DNA of 64,000 nucleotides from an uncultured Flavipsychrobacter sp. (GCA_964652995.1 CAZZCR010000004.1:85954-149953), one strand, 5' to 3'. Counted from the stretch's first letter, positions 9,946-19,197 are shown. Numbers and translations are program-made. The notes: generated by a model from the sequence alone, not told the origin.

Positions 9946-10134
9946 ATGGGGAAGTAGCAAATACAAAAAAGCGTCCCGACGGAGAGACGCTTTAAAGGTT
10001 TAGGTGGTGACAAGTAAAAGGGCTGTCAGACTGAATCAATTCACTACATTGACATTTTGTTATTCCGGTAGTAGGCTGTTTTTATCTTGCTAATTCAACA
10101 GGACAAAGGAACAGCAACGCGAAAAAATAAAAAC

Positions 10135-10174
10135 AGGTAAAAATACCTGTTTTTGTAAGCAGGTATTTTTACCT
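10135..10174 (-). terminator. rho-independent terminator of the two-component operon; member of a repeated palindromic element
   Basis: 15-bp perfect stem aggtaaaaatacctg / caggtatttttacct. On the minus strand it is followed by GTTTTTATTTTTTC. It lies 19 nt after the response-regulator stop. Confidence 0.6.
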
Positions 10175-10192
10175 AGTACATGAAAATTATCT

Positions 10193-10861
10193 TTAAAATG
10201 AATCAGATTCGAAAATATTGTGTTTAAGTGCAAACAGTACGAGACCAGCCGTATTCTTGCAACCTACTTTTGCCAACAGATTATTACGATGACCGTCAAC
10301 CGTACGGGGACTAAGGTTAAGTATCTCGGCGATCTCGGCGTTTGTATTTTCGCGACAAATAAGCCTCAAAATCTGTGTTTCCCGATCTGACAATACGATT
10401 GGGATATCAGCAAAGGAGCGTACCGGACCATTTTTATGTTTGTTTATTGTCCGCATGGCTTTGATAGTTGCCTCGTTGAAATAAAAACCGGTGGTAAATG
10501 CCGATGTGACCGCGGCTTTCACTTCTTCGAAATCACAGTTTTTCACGAGATAACCGGCGACCCCGGCCTCCACCATTTTGGCAATGAACCTTTCCTGATT
10601 ATGCACCGTGAGGATAATGGATCTAATGAGGGGATAACGTTTGACAAGTATCTCAACGAGCTCAAAACCGTTCAGCTGGGGCATATTCATATCAATAAGC
10701 GCAACGTCGGGGACCTTTCCTTTCTCGAGCATGGACAGGAACTGCAAGCCGTTGTCGGCTACACCTATCATTTCAAACTCAGGACTGGCATTGAGCAGCG
10801 CGTAAAGGCCATCACGAAATAGCCTTTGATCCTCAACCAATGCAACTTTAATTTTTCCCAT
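10193..10861 (-). CDS. NarL/FixJ (LuxR)-family response regulator
   Basis: REC domain (KVALVEDQ…DVALIDMNMP…) plus a C-terminal LuxR HTH (SDRETQILRLICRENTNAEIAEILNLSPRTVDGHRNNLLAKVG). Confidence 0.9.
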   Translation of the reverse strand: MGKIKVALVEDQRLFRDGLYALLNASPEFEMIGVADNGLQFLSMLEKGKVPDVALIDMNMPQLNGFELVEILVKRYPLIRSIILTVHNQERFIAKMVEAGVAGYLVKNCDFEEVKAAVTSAFTTGFYFNEATIKAMRTINKHKNGPVRSFADIPIVLSDRETQILRLICRENTNAEIAEILNLSPRTVDGHRNNLLAKVGCKNTAGLVLFALKHNIFESDSF

Positions 10862-11681
10862 GTTTTTTATTTTTTGTTAATATGGAAGCAGGGATAGAAA
10901 TTGTGAACGAATAGCCATTACCGGGCGCCGAACTAACCTTGTAGGACGCGTTCAGTAAGCTCAACCGACTTTCAATATTGTATAAACCGATGCCATTGTT
11001 TTGCTCTTCTGACATTTGCATACCAACACCATCATCGGCATACACAAGCGTGATCTGATCGCTAAGAATGTCTGACAAAATTGTGATCTGCGAGGCGCGG
11101 GCATGTTTCAAGGTATTGGTAATGAGTTCCTGAATTACCCTGAACAAGGATAAAGCGTCGTCGAACCCCAATTGCTGTAACAAACTATTTGTACGATCGG
11201 TAACAACAATCGGCACACCGGATGACGCGGCCGTTTTATCACAGTACTCATACAAAGCTTCGTGAAACCCCCAAAGCTCTAAACCTGCCGGCGAAAGACT
11301 GTGAGATATATTTCTTACATCATTGATAATGTCGTCAATTCCAGTGCGCGCCTTCTGAGCGATATTATTGACGGTCTGACTGTCATTTCCAGCACCTATG
11401 ATGCCGGAAATGACATATCGAAGACCTGACAGTGCACCGCCCACATGGTCGTGGAGGTCCTGGCTTATCCGTTTGCGTTCGTTTTCCTGCGATTGAATTG
11501 ATGCAACGAGAAGCTTTTGTTGGTACTCAAGTTCACGTAACATCATTTCGCGGTGCTGGCGTAGGAGTTTTCTTCGGTACCTTATGAAAAAGAAGACAAT
11601 ACCAAAGGTCAGGGTAAGCACACCTACTGTAGCTATTATGACGATAACATGAATACTATCATCTATTTTTTGTACTTCCAT
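10848..11681 (-). CDS. sensor histidine kinase (HisKA_3 + HATPase_c, NarL-partner type)
   Basis: One TM helix, then an H-box (ERKRISQDLHDHVGG) and an ATPase domain with N/G boxes (…LITNTLKHA…DDGVGM…GIGLYNIESR). The ATG at 11681 is chosen as start. Overlaps the RR start by 14 nt. Confidence 0.85.
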   Translation of the reverse strand: MEVQKIDDSIHVIVIIATVGVLTLTFGIVFFFIRYRRKLLRQHREMMLRELEYQQKLLVASIQSQENERKRISQDLHDHVGGALSGLRYVISGIIGAGNDSQTVNNIAQKARTGIDDIINDVRNISHSLSPAGLELWGFHEALYEYCDKTAASSGVPIVVTDRTNSLLQQLGFDDALSLFRVIQELITNTLKHARASQITILSDILSDQITLVYADDGVGMQMSEEQNNGIGLYNIESRLSLLNASYKVSSAPGNGYSFTISIPASILTKNKKHGKN

Positions 11682-12307
11682 AGTGTTATCGCTGTAAGAA
11701 TGTAAAACACAATCAAAAGCGTTCCATGCAATGGCCACATGATCAAACCCAAGACACTTCTACCGGGCACAATATTACAGACAGCAAACCACAAAAAGGA
11801 ACCACTGAAATATATCATTATTCCTGTATTTGCATATGCAAGCACCACACTCTTGTTCTTGTCTCCACCTATACTGTCGAGGTCGCGCATGAACAGCAGA
11901 ATTGCCAAAATCACCATCAATAACGCTTCAATTGACTTTGTATAAGTGCAGAAGGTGAATATATCTTGAAAAAAAAGCACATTCAACACACAAATAGAAA
12001 AGAAAGTAGGTATGAGCCAATTAATAACCCTTGACATCTTTTTATCAGCAAAAACTGCCCGATAAAAAACAGCAAGAATTGCAAATTCAATAAAAGTATA
12101 GGTATGCATTACCGGCATATTGTTGATTCCATTGTACGCAAGTACTGAATTTATGCCATTTGCTACAAAGTCTATGAGTAGAAACCAACTCAATATCTTA
12201 AGCTCCTGCGGAAACACAGAATACCTTGTCACCGCCGGAATGAACGGGATAACGACAGAGGCCGGAACGACCACACCCAAATAGAACAGGGGCCAATCTT
12301 TTATCAA
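11663..12307 (-). CDS. polytopic membrane protein (about 6-7 TM), probable sensor module of the adjacent kinase
   Basis: 214 aa and almost entirely hydrophobic helices. The stop TAG overlaps the HK ATG region by 19 nt at an A6 run. Confidence 0.6.
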   Translation of the reverse strand: MIKDWPLFYLGVVVPASVVIPFIPAVTRYSVFPQELKILSWFLLIDFVANGINSVLAYNGINNMPVMHTYTFIEFAILAVFYRAVFADKKMSRVINWLIPTFFSICVLNVLFFQDIFTFCTYTKSIEALLMVILAILLFMRDLDSIGGDKNKSVVLAYANTGIMIYFSGSFLWFAVCNIVPGRSVLGLIMWPLHGTLLIVFYILTAITLWKYKK

Positions 12308-12329
12308 ACTTTACAGAAAGTTTTTATAA

Positions 12330-12689
12330 CTATTGCGTAGAATTTAAAGCATTACTTTGGCCACAAAGGGTTGGACATGGGGCACTAGAATCAAACACCA
12401 GACTATTGCTGTTGCTATCTTCGAGAACGTCATTTCCGTTTGCGTCGACAGCAACCCAATACACATGCAAAGTACCATCCTCACGCATACCCATGTAAGC
12501 CCTGAAGCCGTTTACAGCGTATTGAATGGTGTTGGAAATGTCGCCTATCGGGATAAAAAAGGCGTTAATAAGGTAGTTGGGGTCCTGAGTGACACCTGAA
12601 ATGAAAGTGCGCCAGGCGGTAGTGTCGGCGGCGGCGGTTGCTACGGGAACGGGATAGGTCGTGCTGAAATTGTTGTTTTCGTTACTCAT
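12330..12689 (-). CDS. hypothetical protein, first gene of the TCS operon
   Basis: 119-aa ORF lying 22 nt upstream of the membrane-sensor gene on the same strand. No signal peptide and no recognisable family. Has a C-terminal CPTLC motif. Confidence 0.45.
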   Translation of the reverse strand: MSNENNNFSTTYPVPVATAAADTTAWRTFISGVTQDPNYLINAFFIPIGDISNTIQYAVNGFRAYMGMREDGTLHVYWVAVDANGNDVLEDSNSNSLVFDSSAPCPTLCGQSNALNSTQ

Positions 12690-12806
12690 TTTGTTTGTTT
12701 TTTATGGTTAATTAAAGGATAGTATGGTAACGAATTGTTACCGGCATAAAAATAGCAAAATTCCAATGCAAGTCCTATTAAGTTAGAATGATTAATTGGA
12801 CGCGCC

Positions 12807-12814
12807 TATCTTTG
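12807..12814 (+). promoter_or_regulatory. candidate -7 promoter box (TAnnTTTG) for purB
   Basis: TATCTTTG ends 4 nt before the purB ATG at 12819. This implies a leaderless or nearly leaderless transcript. Confidence 0.4.
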
Positions 12815-12818
12815 CACC

Positions 12819-14168
12819 ATGGAATTGAACTCACTAACAGCGATCAGCCCGATAGACGGCAGATACAGGGCGCAAGTTGCGGTCTTTGCACCTTACTTTT
12901 CTGAATTCGGCCTTATCAGGTACCGCGTTCGGGTGGAAGTTGAATACTTTCTTTTTCTTGCTGAAAAAAAGGTGATCAAATTACCGGCAAAAGTGAAACC
13001 GGCTAAACTGAGGACGATCTATGAGCAATTCAGCGAAGAAGATGCGTTGAAGATCAAGAACATAGAAAAAACTACAAATCACGATGTTAAGGCGGTTGAG
13101 TATTTTCTGAAGGAGAAACTTGAAGCAATGGGTGCAGGCGACAGTCTGGAGTGGGTACATTTCGGGCTGACGTCGCAAGACATTAACAATACAGCAGTGC
13201 CGCTATCGTGGAAAGAAGCACTTGAAGAAGAATATCTGCCATTATTGCTCAACACCCACCTACACCTGTACCACCTTGCACAGGAGTGGAAAGGAATACC
13301 GATGCTGGCACGCACTCACGGCCAACCGGCATCACCTACAACACTTGGGAAAGAATGGATGGTATTTGTGGAGCGCCTGGAGGGGCAGATAGACCAATTG
13401 CTGAACATACCGTTCGCAGCGAAGTTTGGCGGTGCGACCGGAAACTTCAACGCGCATAAAGTGGCATTCCCAACAACGGACTGGGTGAAATTCGGGAACG
13501 ACTTTGTTGAGAAAAAGTTGGGTCTGGACCGTATGCAATACACTACGCAGATAGAACACTATGACAGTTTTGCTGCTCAGTTTGATGCACTGAAGCGCAT
13601 CAATACTATTCTGATAGATCTGTGCCGCGATGTATGGCAATACATCAGCATGGAGTACTTCAAGCAAAAAGTGAAGACAGGCGAAGTGGGTAGCAGTGCC
13701 ATGCCGCACAAGGTAAATCCGATTGACTTTGAAAATGCAGAGGGCAATCTGGGAATTGCTAACGCATTTTTTGAACACCTGAGCGCCAAATTGCCGATCA
13801 GCAGGTTGCAGCGCGACCTAACCGACAGCACCGTTCTACGCAATGTAGGTGTTCCACTTTCGCATAGCTTCCTTGCGTTAAAATCGCTTGAAAAGGGACT
13901 CAACAAATTGTTGCTGAACAAAGAAAAGATGCAAGAAGATCTGGAAAAGAACTGGGCGGTTGTAGCAGAGGCTATACAGACTGTACTGCGCAGAGAAAAT
14001 TACCCACAGCCATATGAGGCACTTAAAGCGCTGACAAGGGGCAAATCGAGCATTACCAAAAAAGACATTCACGAGTTTATAGATACACTGAAAGTAACTG
14101 CGAAAGTTAAAAAAGAATTGAAAGCGATCACTCCGCACAACTATACGGGGGTTGAATTTGACTACTAA
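12819..14168 (+). CDS. purB: adenylosuccinate lyase
   Basis: N-terminus LTAISPIDGRYR, fumarate-lyase signature SSAMPHKVNP, and 449 aa length fit the E. coli-type PurB. Confidence 0.95.
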   Translation: MELNSLTAISPIDGRYRAQVAVFAPYFSEFGLIRYRVRVEVEYFLFLAEKKVIKLPAKVKPAKLRTIYEQFSEEDALKIKNIEKTTNHDVKAVEYFLKEKLEAMGAGDSLEWVHFGLTSQDINNTAVPLSWKEALEEEYLPLLLNTHLHLYHLAQEWKGIPMLARTHGQPASPTTLGKEWMVFVERLEGQIDQLLNIPFAAKFGGATGNFNAHKVAFPTTDWVKFGNDFVEKKLGLDRMQYTTQIEHYDSFAAQFDALKRINTILIDLCRDVWQYISMEYFKQKVKTGEVGSSAMPHKVNPIDFENAEGNLGIANAFFEHLSAKLPISRLQRDLTDSTVLRNVGVPLSHSFLALKSLEKGLNKLLLNKEKMQEDLEKNWAVVAEAIQTVLRRENYPQPYEALKALTRGKSSITKKDIHEFIDTLKVTAKVKKELKAITPHNYTGVEFDY

Positions 14169-14172
14169 GGAA

Positions 14173-15120
14173 ATGGACATACGCGCTGCTTACATTGAGG
14201 CGATCAAAAACATGACCAACGACAGAACGGGAGCTCAAAAGGCTCCCGTTACTGATGTTGTGATAAATGTATATGGAAAGCCATACAATACTGCAGTAAC
14301 GCTGTATAGCCTTTTGAAAGAGAGCGGCCAATGGATAGACAAGATCTATTTCGTTGAAGAACGGAAACAACCACATGGTGCTGAATTTGCTTTCATAAAA
14401 GAGGCGTTCGGAGATAAATTGTCTTGTTATACCCCAAAGTTATGGCTATGGGTGCGCCCGTTCCGGAGTAGGTGGGTATTTAAGTGGCCGGCCTTTCGTA
14501 AATCTGTCCGGTATCAGTGGGGATGGGAACAGACGAACAAAGACTTTCTTTTCATTACGCACAACGATGTATTGTATAGGAAAGACCTGGTGGGTGAAAT
14601 GCTACGAATGGCAGGCGACAATATAGGTATCGGACCGGTGGGGCAATGCTGGAACTGTTCTGCCCATTTTGCCGGCCGATGTACACCTGACACATACACT
14701 AATTACCGTCCAAACTATGCCGACCTCAAGGCGCTGATGAAGCAGTACCCGGGGAGTAGAGAAAAGGACTATGGTGACGTGCCGACAAAAAACAAACCCT
14801 GGCCGTTGCCGGAATGCAGACTAAATGAATGGACTGCATTGATAAACATGAAAATAGCCAGAAATGTGACAATGCCCTTGGGCAAAGCTGTTCCATTCGG
14901 CGCGTTCTTCGGTCTGGACATTGGGACCAGGTGGTTTAATGATGTGCTGAATATGGGGTATTCTGTAAAAAATTTCGACATCACCGGGCTAGCCGACCAT
15001 GCATGGGCCGGAAGTGTGAGGAGCGGACACGCAGCACTGCTAAAAGAAGAGGAATATCACTTTTCTGAGAAGACTGCCAAAGAATACCTGGAAGCAGAAC
15101 TTGCACAAAAAGGACTCTGA
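14173..15120 (+). CDS. hypothetical protein, possibly GT-A-fold glycosyltransferase-like
   Basis: The ORF follows purB. The TTG-extended frame overlaps the purB end, and the ATG at 14173 is preferred. N-terminal VVINVYGKPYNTAVTLYSLL and a later ITHNDV resemble GT2 Rossmann/DxD segments. The assignment is weak. Confidence 0.45.
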   Translation: MDIRAAYIEAIKNMTNDRTGAQKAPVTDVVINVYGKPYNTAVTLYSLLKESGQWIDKIYFVEERKQPHGAEFAFIKEAFGDKLSCYTPKLWLWVRPFRSRWVFKWPAFRKSVRYQWGWEQTNKDFLFITHNDVLYRKDLVGEMLRMAGDNIGIGPVGQCWNCSAHFAGRCTPDTYTNYRPNYADLKALMKQYPGSREKDYGDVPTKNKPWPLPECRLNEWTALINMKIARNVTMPLGKAVPFGAFFGLDIGTRWFNDVLNMGYSVKNFDITGLADHAWAGSVRSGHAALLKEEEYHFSEKTAKEYLEAELAQKGL

Positions 15121-15121
15121 T

Positions 15122-16555
15122 CTATTCGAAGCGATAACAACCGATATCAGCCTTGCCGTCGCGCGATTTCCCTTCAATATCTATAAGTGGTAAATAGGCT
15201 GCATTTCCCTTGCCAACTGCCGGAGAGCCTTCTTTCAACCTGTAATCTCCTTTATCTTTCTCCTTGAACAAGGGATCTTCGTTATAAATACAATCTATGA
15301 AGTTGACAAAAGGCTCACGCACCTTACCCATTCGGAGGAGGCAATGATCTACGACCAGATTGGCCGCAGCTTCGGGTACTGAGCTGAATACGACTTCACT
15401 ATCGAGCGAACCATAAACAATACAATTGCGGAAGGCCGCATTGAGGTCGCCATAGTAGATGGTGTTCTGGTCTGGTTTGTAATAATTGAGCACTGCAAGT
15501 GTGCCCTGATTTGAATGCGAAAGCCCTGTGCCGCCGTAATTGGCAAATGTGCAATTTGTAAACGTGTCGCGCCCACCCTGAATGACAGCAAGCGCATAAC
15601 CACCTGTTGAATGGAAGAGACAATTCGTTGCCGCAATGGTGCCTTGCCTGCTGTAAATGCCGGTACCGATAGAGTTTTTCAGCACGCAATTTTCCATACG
15701 CAGCTGAGGCAAGCTGCCCGATGCATTTGAATCGATGTGGACCCAAATGGCAGCAGGATTGCCCAATGCGCCATTGCCCCCATTTTCTATACGTGTGTAC
15801 CTAAGCCTGCTACCGTTGCTGTAGGAGTGGAAATAGATACCACCCCACTCTCCGGGATACCCCTCGTACCCGAAATAGCGCCGGTCGAGACGATCGCCCT
15901 GAAAAATGACGGAGTCTTTTGCCGTGCCGTTTGCCAGAAGGCGACCAAAGACCACAAGACCTGAGTTCTGGTGCATGTAAATCCTACATCCAGGATTAAG
16001 GGTGAGCGTTACTCCCTGAGCAACCGCCGCACTATTTATAATGACGTATGGCAGCGTGGTGTCCCATACAGAATTGACAGAAATGACGCTGTCCTGTATA
16101 TACCAGGCATTCTGGCCATAGGCCGTGAACGGGACGTAAAACTGTTTACCATTGAGTGTTGCCACAAGTGAATCGGTCACAAGAAACGGTGTGCGTTCAT
16201 CATTTGGATCGATGTTCACGGTTGCGAATACATATACGCTATCGCGGGGTGCAATACGAATATCAGTAACATTATTTCCCTGAAAACCGTCAACATTCAA
16301 CTTAAAGTAAGAATTGGCATTAAGCATCCTCACAGAGCTGAGTACAATCTCCTGATTCTGCGGATTGAATATGAGTATCCCGGTAGTAAAGCTTCCGGCT
16401 GAGGTAAAAACAGTGTCGAACTTCAGCGTATCATCCGAGAAACGCAAGTCGCCGCCAACCGTGAGTATCTTCTTTTCTTTCCGACAGGCTGGTGCCATGA
16501 GAATCGCGATGGCAGCAACAAACAAAAGAGATAGAAGCGGTAATTTAGCGCGCAT
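15122..16555 (-). CDS. lipoprotein with right-handed parallel beta-helix (pectin-lyase-fold) repeats
   Basis: Lipobox (AILMAPAC). Repeated N-C-x-F/L…G-G turns (NCVLKNSIGTGIY…NCLFHSTGGYA…NCTFANYGGTG…NCIVYGS) are typical of beta-helix repeats. Confidence 0.7.
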   Translation of the reverse strand: MRAKLPLLSLLFVAAIAILMAPACRKEKKILTVGGDLRFSDDTLKFDTVFTSAGSFTTGILIFNPQNQEIVLSSVRMLNANSYFKLNVDGFQGNNVTDIRIAPRDSVYVFATVNIDPNDERTPFLVTDSLVATLNGKQFYVPFTAYGQNAWYIQDSVISVNSVWDTTLPYVIINSAAVAQGVTLTLNPGCRIYMHQNSGLVVFGRLLANGTAKDSVIFQGDRLDRRYFGYEGYPGEWGGIYFHSYSNGSRLRYTRIENGGNGALGNPAAIWVHIDSNASGSLPQLRMENCVLKNSIGTGIYSRQGTIAATNCLFHSTGGYALAVIQGGRDTFTNCTFANYGGTGLSHSNQGTLAVLNYYKPDQNTIYYGDLNAAFRNCIVYGSLDSEVVFSSVPEAAANLVVDHCLLRMGKVREPFVNFIDCIYNEDPLFKEKDKGDYRLKEGSPAVGKGNAAYLPLIDIEGKSRDGKADIGCYRFE

Positions 16556-16668
16556 CGGCCAGGGAATGAATGATAGAAATAAAACCGAAACTTAAACGAA
16601 AAAAGCTACTAAAAAATTGCATCAATCCTAAGAGTAAGAGACGCAGCCTTCACGTATTTTTTCACTTC

Positions 16669-16917
16669 TTAGTATAACTTACAGGTCTCAGTAAGAGTTA
16701 TTCCGTCTTGTTCTTTGGTAAAAGAAGCCTCTTTGCAAACGGACTCTGCACCTTTCTTATTATTGTACACTTCGTACTCGTTGTAGGTACTATCGGGCAT
16801 TCCGGGTGCTCCTGAGTACTTAACCAAGCAGCGACAAGTGTATTTCTTAACACAAGAAGATACAGAGAGAACACTCAGAACAGCAACAAAAAGCAAAACA
16901 GTGGAACGGAGTTTCAT
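16669..16917 (-). CDS. small Cys-rich lipoprotein (hypothetical)
   Basis: 82 aa. Signal peptide plus lipobox (LSVSSC), and four further Cys in the mature part. Confidence 0.5.
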   Translation of the reverse strand: MKLRSTVLLFVAVLSVLSVSSCVKKYTCRCLVKYSGAPGMPDSTYNEYEVYNNKKGAESVCKEASFTKEQDGITLTETCKLY

Positions 16918-17038
16918 GCAAAAAACAACTTATTTAGGGTGAAGTTAGGTAGGGAACGCCATAATTCAAAATTTCATGCAGATATCGTAGGTAAAGGCAA
17001 AAGCATACCCCAAAATGGAAGAAATTCAACGCCCAGCG

Positions 17039-18988
17039 TTACCTGCCCAGAAACCTGAGATTATTGAGTAGAAGGTTGACATCTGTGCCGGGTGAATACT
17101 GGCGGGCGTATATAAGATCGATATTGTATTTTACTTCATCGCCGGGCTCATAGCCGGGTATGATATTGCATGGCACTATTACCCCCTTTCGTAAAGGTGG
17201 AAGCCCGGCTAACTTTTCGGGGACAGAAACATACCCGACCCAAGTGAGCCTACCGAACAAAACGTTGAAACAATTACCAATAAATGTACCGGGAGCCTTA
17301 ACAATAAAGGCCATCAGCGGAACTAACGCCAGAAACACGACCGAAGCCGCAATATCAATCATACGTTTGTTGCGCATTTGCGCAAACGACGACAGGTTAA
17401 ATCTCCTATCGAGCGTGTACAGGTCGCCGGATGTGGCGCTGGAATTGCTGCCTACAAAACTCTCGCCACCCGGCAGATGTATCTTGTATTCGTACCTGTC
17501 GCCACATTCCTGCATCTTGGCAAAGACCTCGGTATAGGTAAGCCCGTTGATACAGAAAATCACCTCATTGACGTTGGTGACATATAGCAAGGGTTTCATT
17601 TCTGAAATGGCCCCGAGGGCGGAACCGGCAGTTGGCCCGGGATCAATACGACCTGCCAATTCAGGCGCATAATTGACCTGCCGCAACACATCGGCTGTTT
17701 GCCTGAACGCTTTTTCATCGGCCACGATCACCGCTTTATGAGGAAGGGCATCGTATGGAACAAACTTCAGAACACCCATTCTATACAACAACTCGTGCAA
17801 GCCAATGAGCATTGCTGTGCCTGCCATGCCACTGAATATGATGATGGCACGCGAGTAACGGTATTCGGGCGGAAGAAGGCCGTAGTATGCCAAAATGATA
17901 ATAGTTCCCAACAACATTCCCCGGGCCACCTTCAACGCACGATAGGGTTGATCGTAGGCACCATTGAAGTATAATGATAGCAGCCACAGAATAATGTAAG
18001 CAGGAAAGGTAGCGTACACCATTTCGGTACTGATTGTAGCGACGTTCTTCACTTCATTTACCCAAAACTCCTTGATACCAAAAAGCGTAAGCAACATGAT
18101 GAGCGCATCAAACAATGGCATGTGCAGCACCTTAAGGGCACGCTTAACAGTGCCGAGGATGGCGCGCAGGACAATACCCGCATTTATGAATAAGATAAAG
18201 AGCCCTGCCTGATTTTTTGTGTAGTGCTTTTTGACAAATGTGACCAAAGCCTCGTTGAAAATGCGCACGTAGGATAGTGTCATCTTGCGGGTGCTCTCAC
18301 CTTTGTAATGAATGAGGTCCACCTCGGGATAATAGATGTTCTTGTATCCGGCTTTCTGAATGCGGTAAGATAGATCCACATCCTCGCAATACATAAAATA
18401 ATCTTCGTCAAACGGTCCGCCCGACTTTTCCATGGCCTCCTTACGTACCAACATGCAGCAGCCCGACAGTACATCAACCTCAGCTGTTTCGCGCTCAGCT
18501 ACGTGCACCGCATAATACTTATTAATATAGGCCGACCGTGAAAAAATCTTATTCAGACCAGTGGTCTTGAAAATCGCCACTGATAAAGACGGGAAAGACT
18601 TCTTGGAGTCGGGCGCAAATTGCCCTTTGCCATCTATGAGCCTGGGGCCGAGTGCACCCGCTTCGGGGTGTTGGTCCATATAAGCTATGGTGGTCTGCAG
18701 AAACCCCTCCGGCATCACGGTATCAGGATTGAGGAACAGTATATACTCTCCTTTCGCTACCGCAACTGCCTGATTGTTGGCCCGTGAAAAGCCGACATTC
18801 TCCTTGTTATCTATGAGTGTAACGGAGGGGAAGCGTTGTCGGACAAAATCGCAACTACCGTCGGAGGAATTGTTGTCAACAACAATTACCTCTGCATCTA
18901 GCCCCTGTGCCGCACGCAGCACAGAATGAACGCACACCTCGAGGAAGTACTTTACGTTATAATTGACGATAATGACCGAAACCTTCAT
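17039..18988 (-). CDS. family-2 glycosyltransferase fused to a polytopic membrane region and a sugar-transferase-like C-terminus
   Basis: N-terminal GT2 (KVSVIIVNYNVKYFL…VVDNNSSDGS…EDVDLSYR). The central region has about 5 TM helices. The C-terminal ~120 aa (MIDIAASVVFLALVPLMAF…LTWVGY) resembles the start of bacterial sugar-transferase domains. Confidence 0.75.
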   Translation of the reverse strand: MKVSVIIVNYNVKYFLEVCVHSVLRAAQGLDAEVIVVDNNSSDGSCDFVRQRFPSVTLIDNKENVGFSRANNQAVAVAKGEYILFLNPDTVMPEGFLQTTIAYMDQHPEAGALGPRLIDGKGQFAPDSKKSFPSLSVAIFKTTGLNKIFSRSAYINKYYAVHVAERETAEVDVLSGCCMLVRKEAMEKSGGPFDEDYFMYCEDVDLSYRIQKAGYKNIYYPEVDLIHYKGESTRKMTLSYVRIFNEALVTFVKKHYTKNQAGLFILFINAGIVLRAILGTVKRALKVLHMPLFDALIMLLTLFGIKEFWVNEVKNVATISTEMVYATFPAYIILWLLSLYFNGAYDQPYRALKVARGMLLGTIIILAYYGLLPPEYRYSRAIIIFSGMAGTAMLIGLHELLYRMGVLKFVPYDALPHKAVIVADEKAFRQTADVLRQVNYAPELAGRIDPGPTAGSALGAISEMKPLLYVTNVNEVIFCINGLTYTEVFAKMQECGDRYEYKIHLPGGESFVGSNSSATSGDLYTLDRRFNLSSFAQMRNKRMIDIAASVVFLALVPLMAFIVKAPGTFIGNCFNVLFGRLTWVGYVSVPEKLAGLPPLRKGVIVPCNIIPGYEPGDEVKYNIDLIYARQYSPGTDVNLLLNNLRFLGR

Positions 18989-19197
18989 GATCTGAACCGG
19001 AAGTGCAATGATGAACTATTACAATTTCCGCGCCACCTTTTATTTTACTGCAAATAACGGAAAACGAACCAATAGATTGTAATGCAGCTAAGAATAACCA
19101 AGAAAAGAGTGATCAAAGGAAACTATCTTTAAACATTAAATATAATCTATATACATTTCACTGCCAGGAACTCAAGGCAATTATCTATTTTTAAGGC

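Noticed and set aside
12726-12742. Small inverted repeat ggtaac-N5-gttacc between purB and the divergent operon, considered as a PurR-type operator.
   Set aside because: It has only 6-bp arms and no resemblance to known purine-repressor boxes. It is mentioned under the orphan-gene finding but is not strong enough to call.
8856-14180. Antisense ORFs within fbaB, the RR and purB (for example 9084-9512 -, 10436-10822 +, 13332-13778 -). Similar cases occur in the arginase-family, Omp85, hppA, DEAD-box and topA genes.
   Set aside because: Each is embedded opposite a confidently identified conserved gene and has no recognisable motifs.
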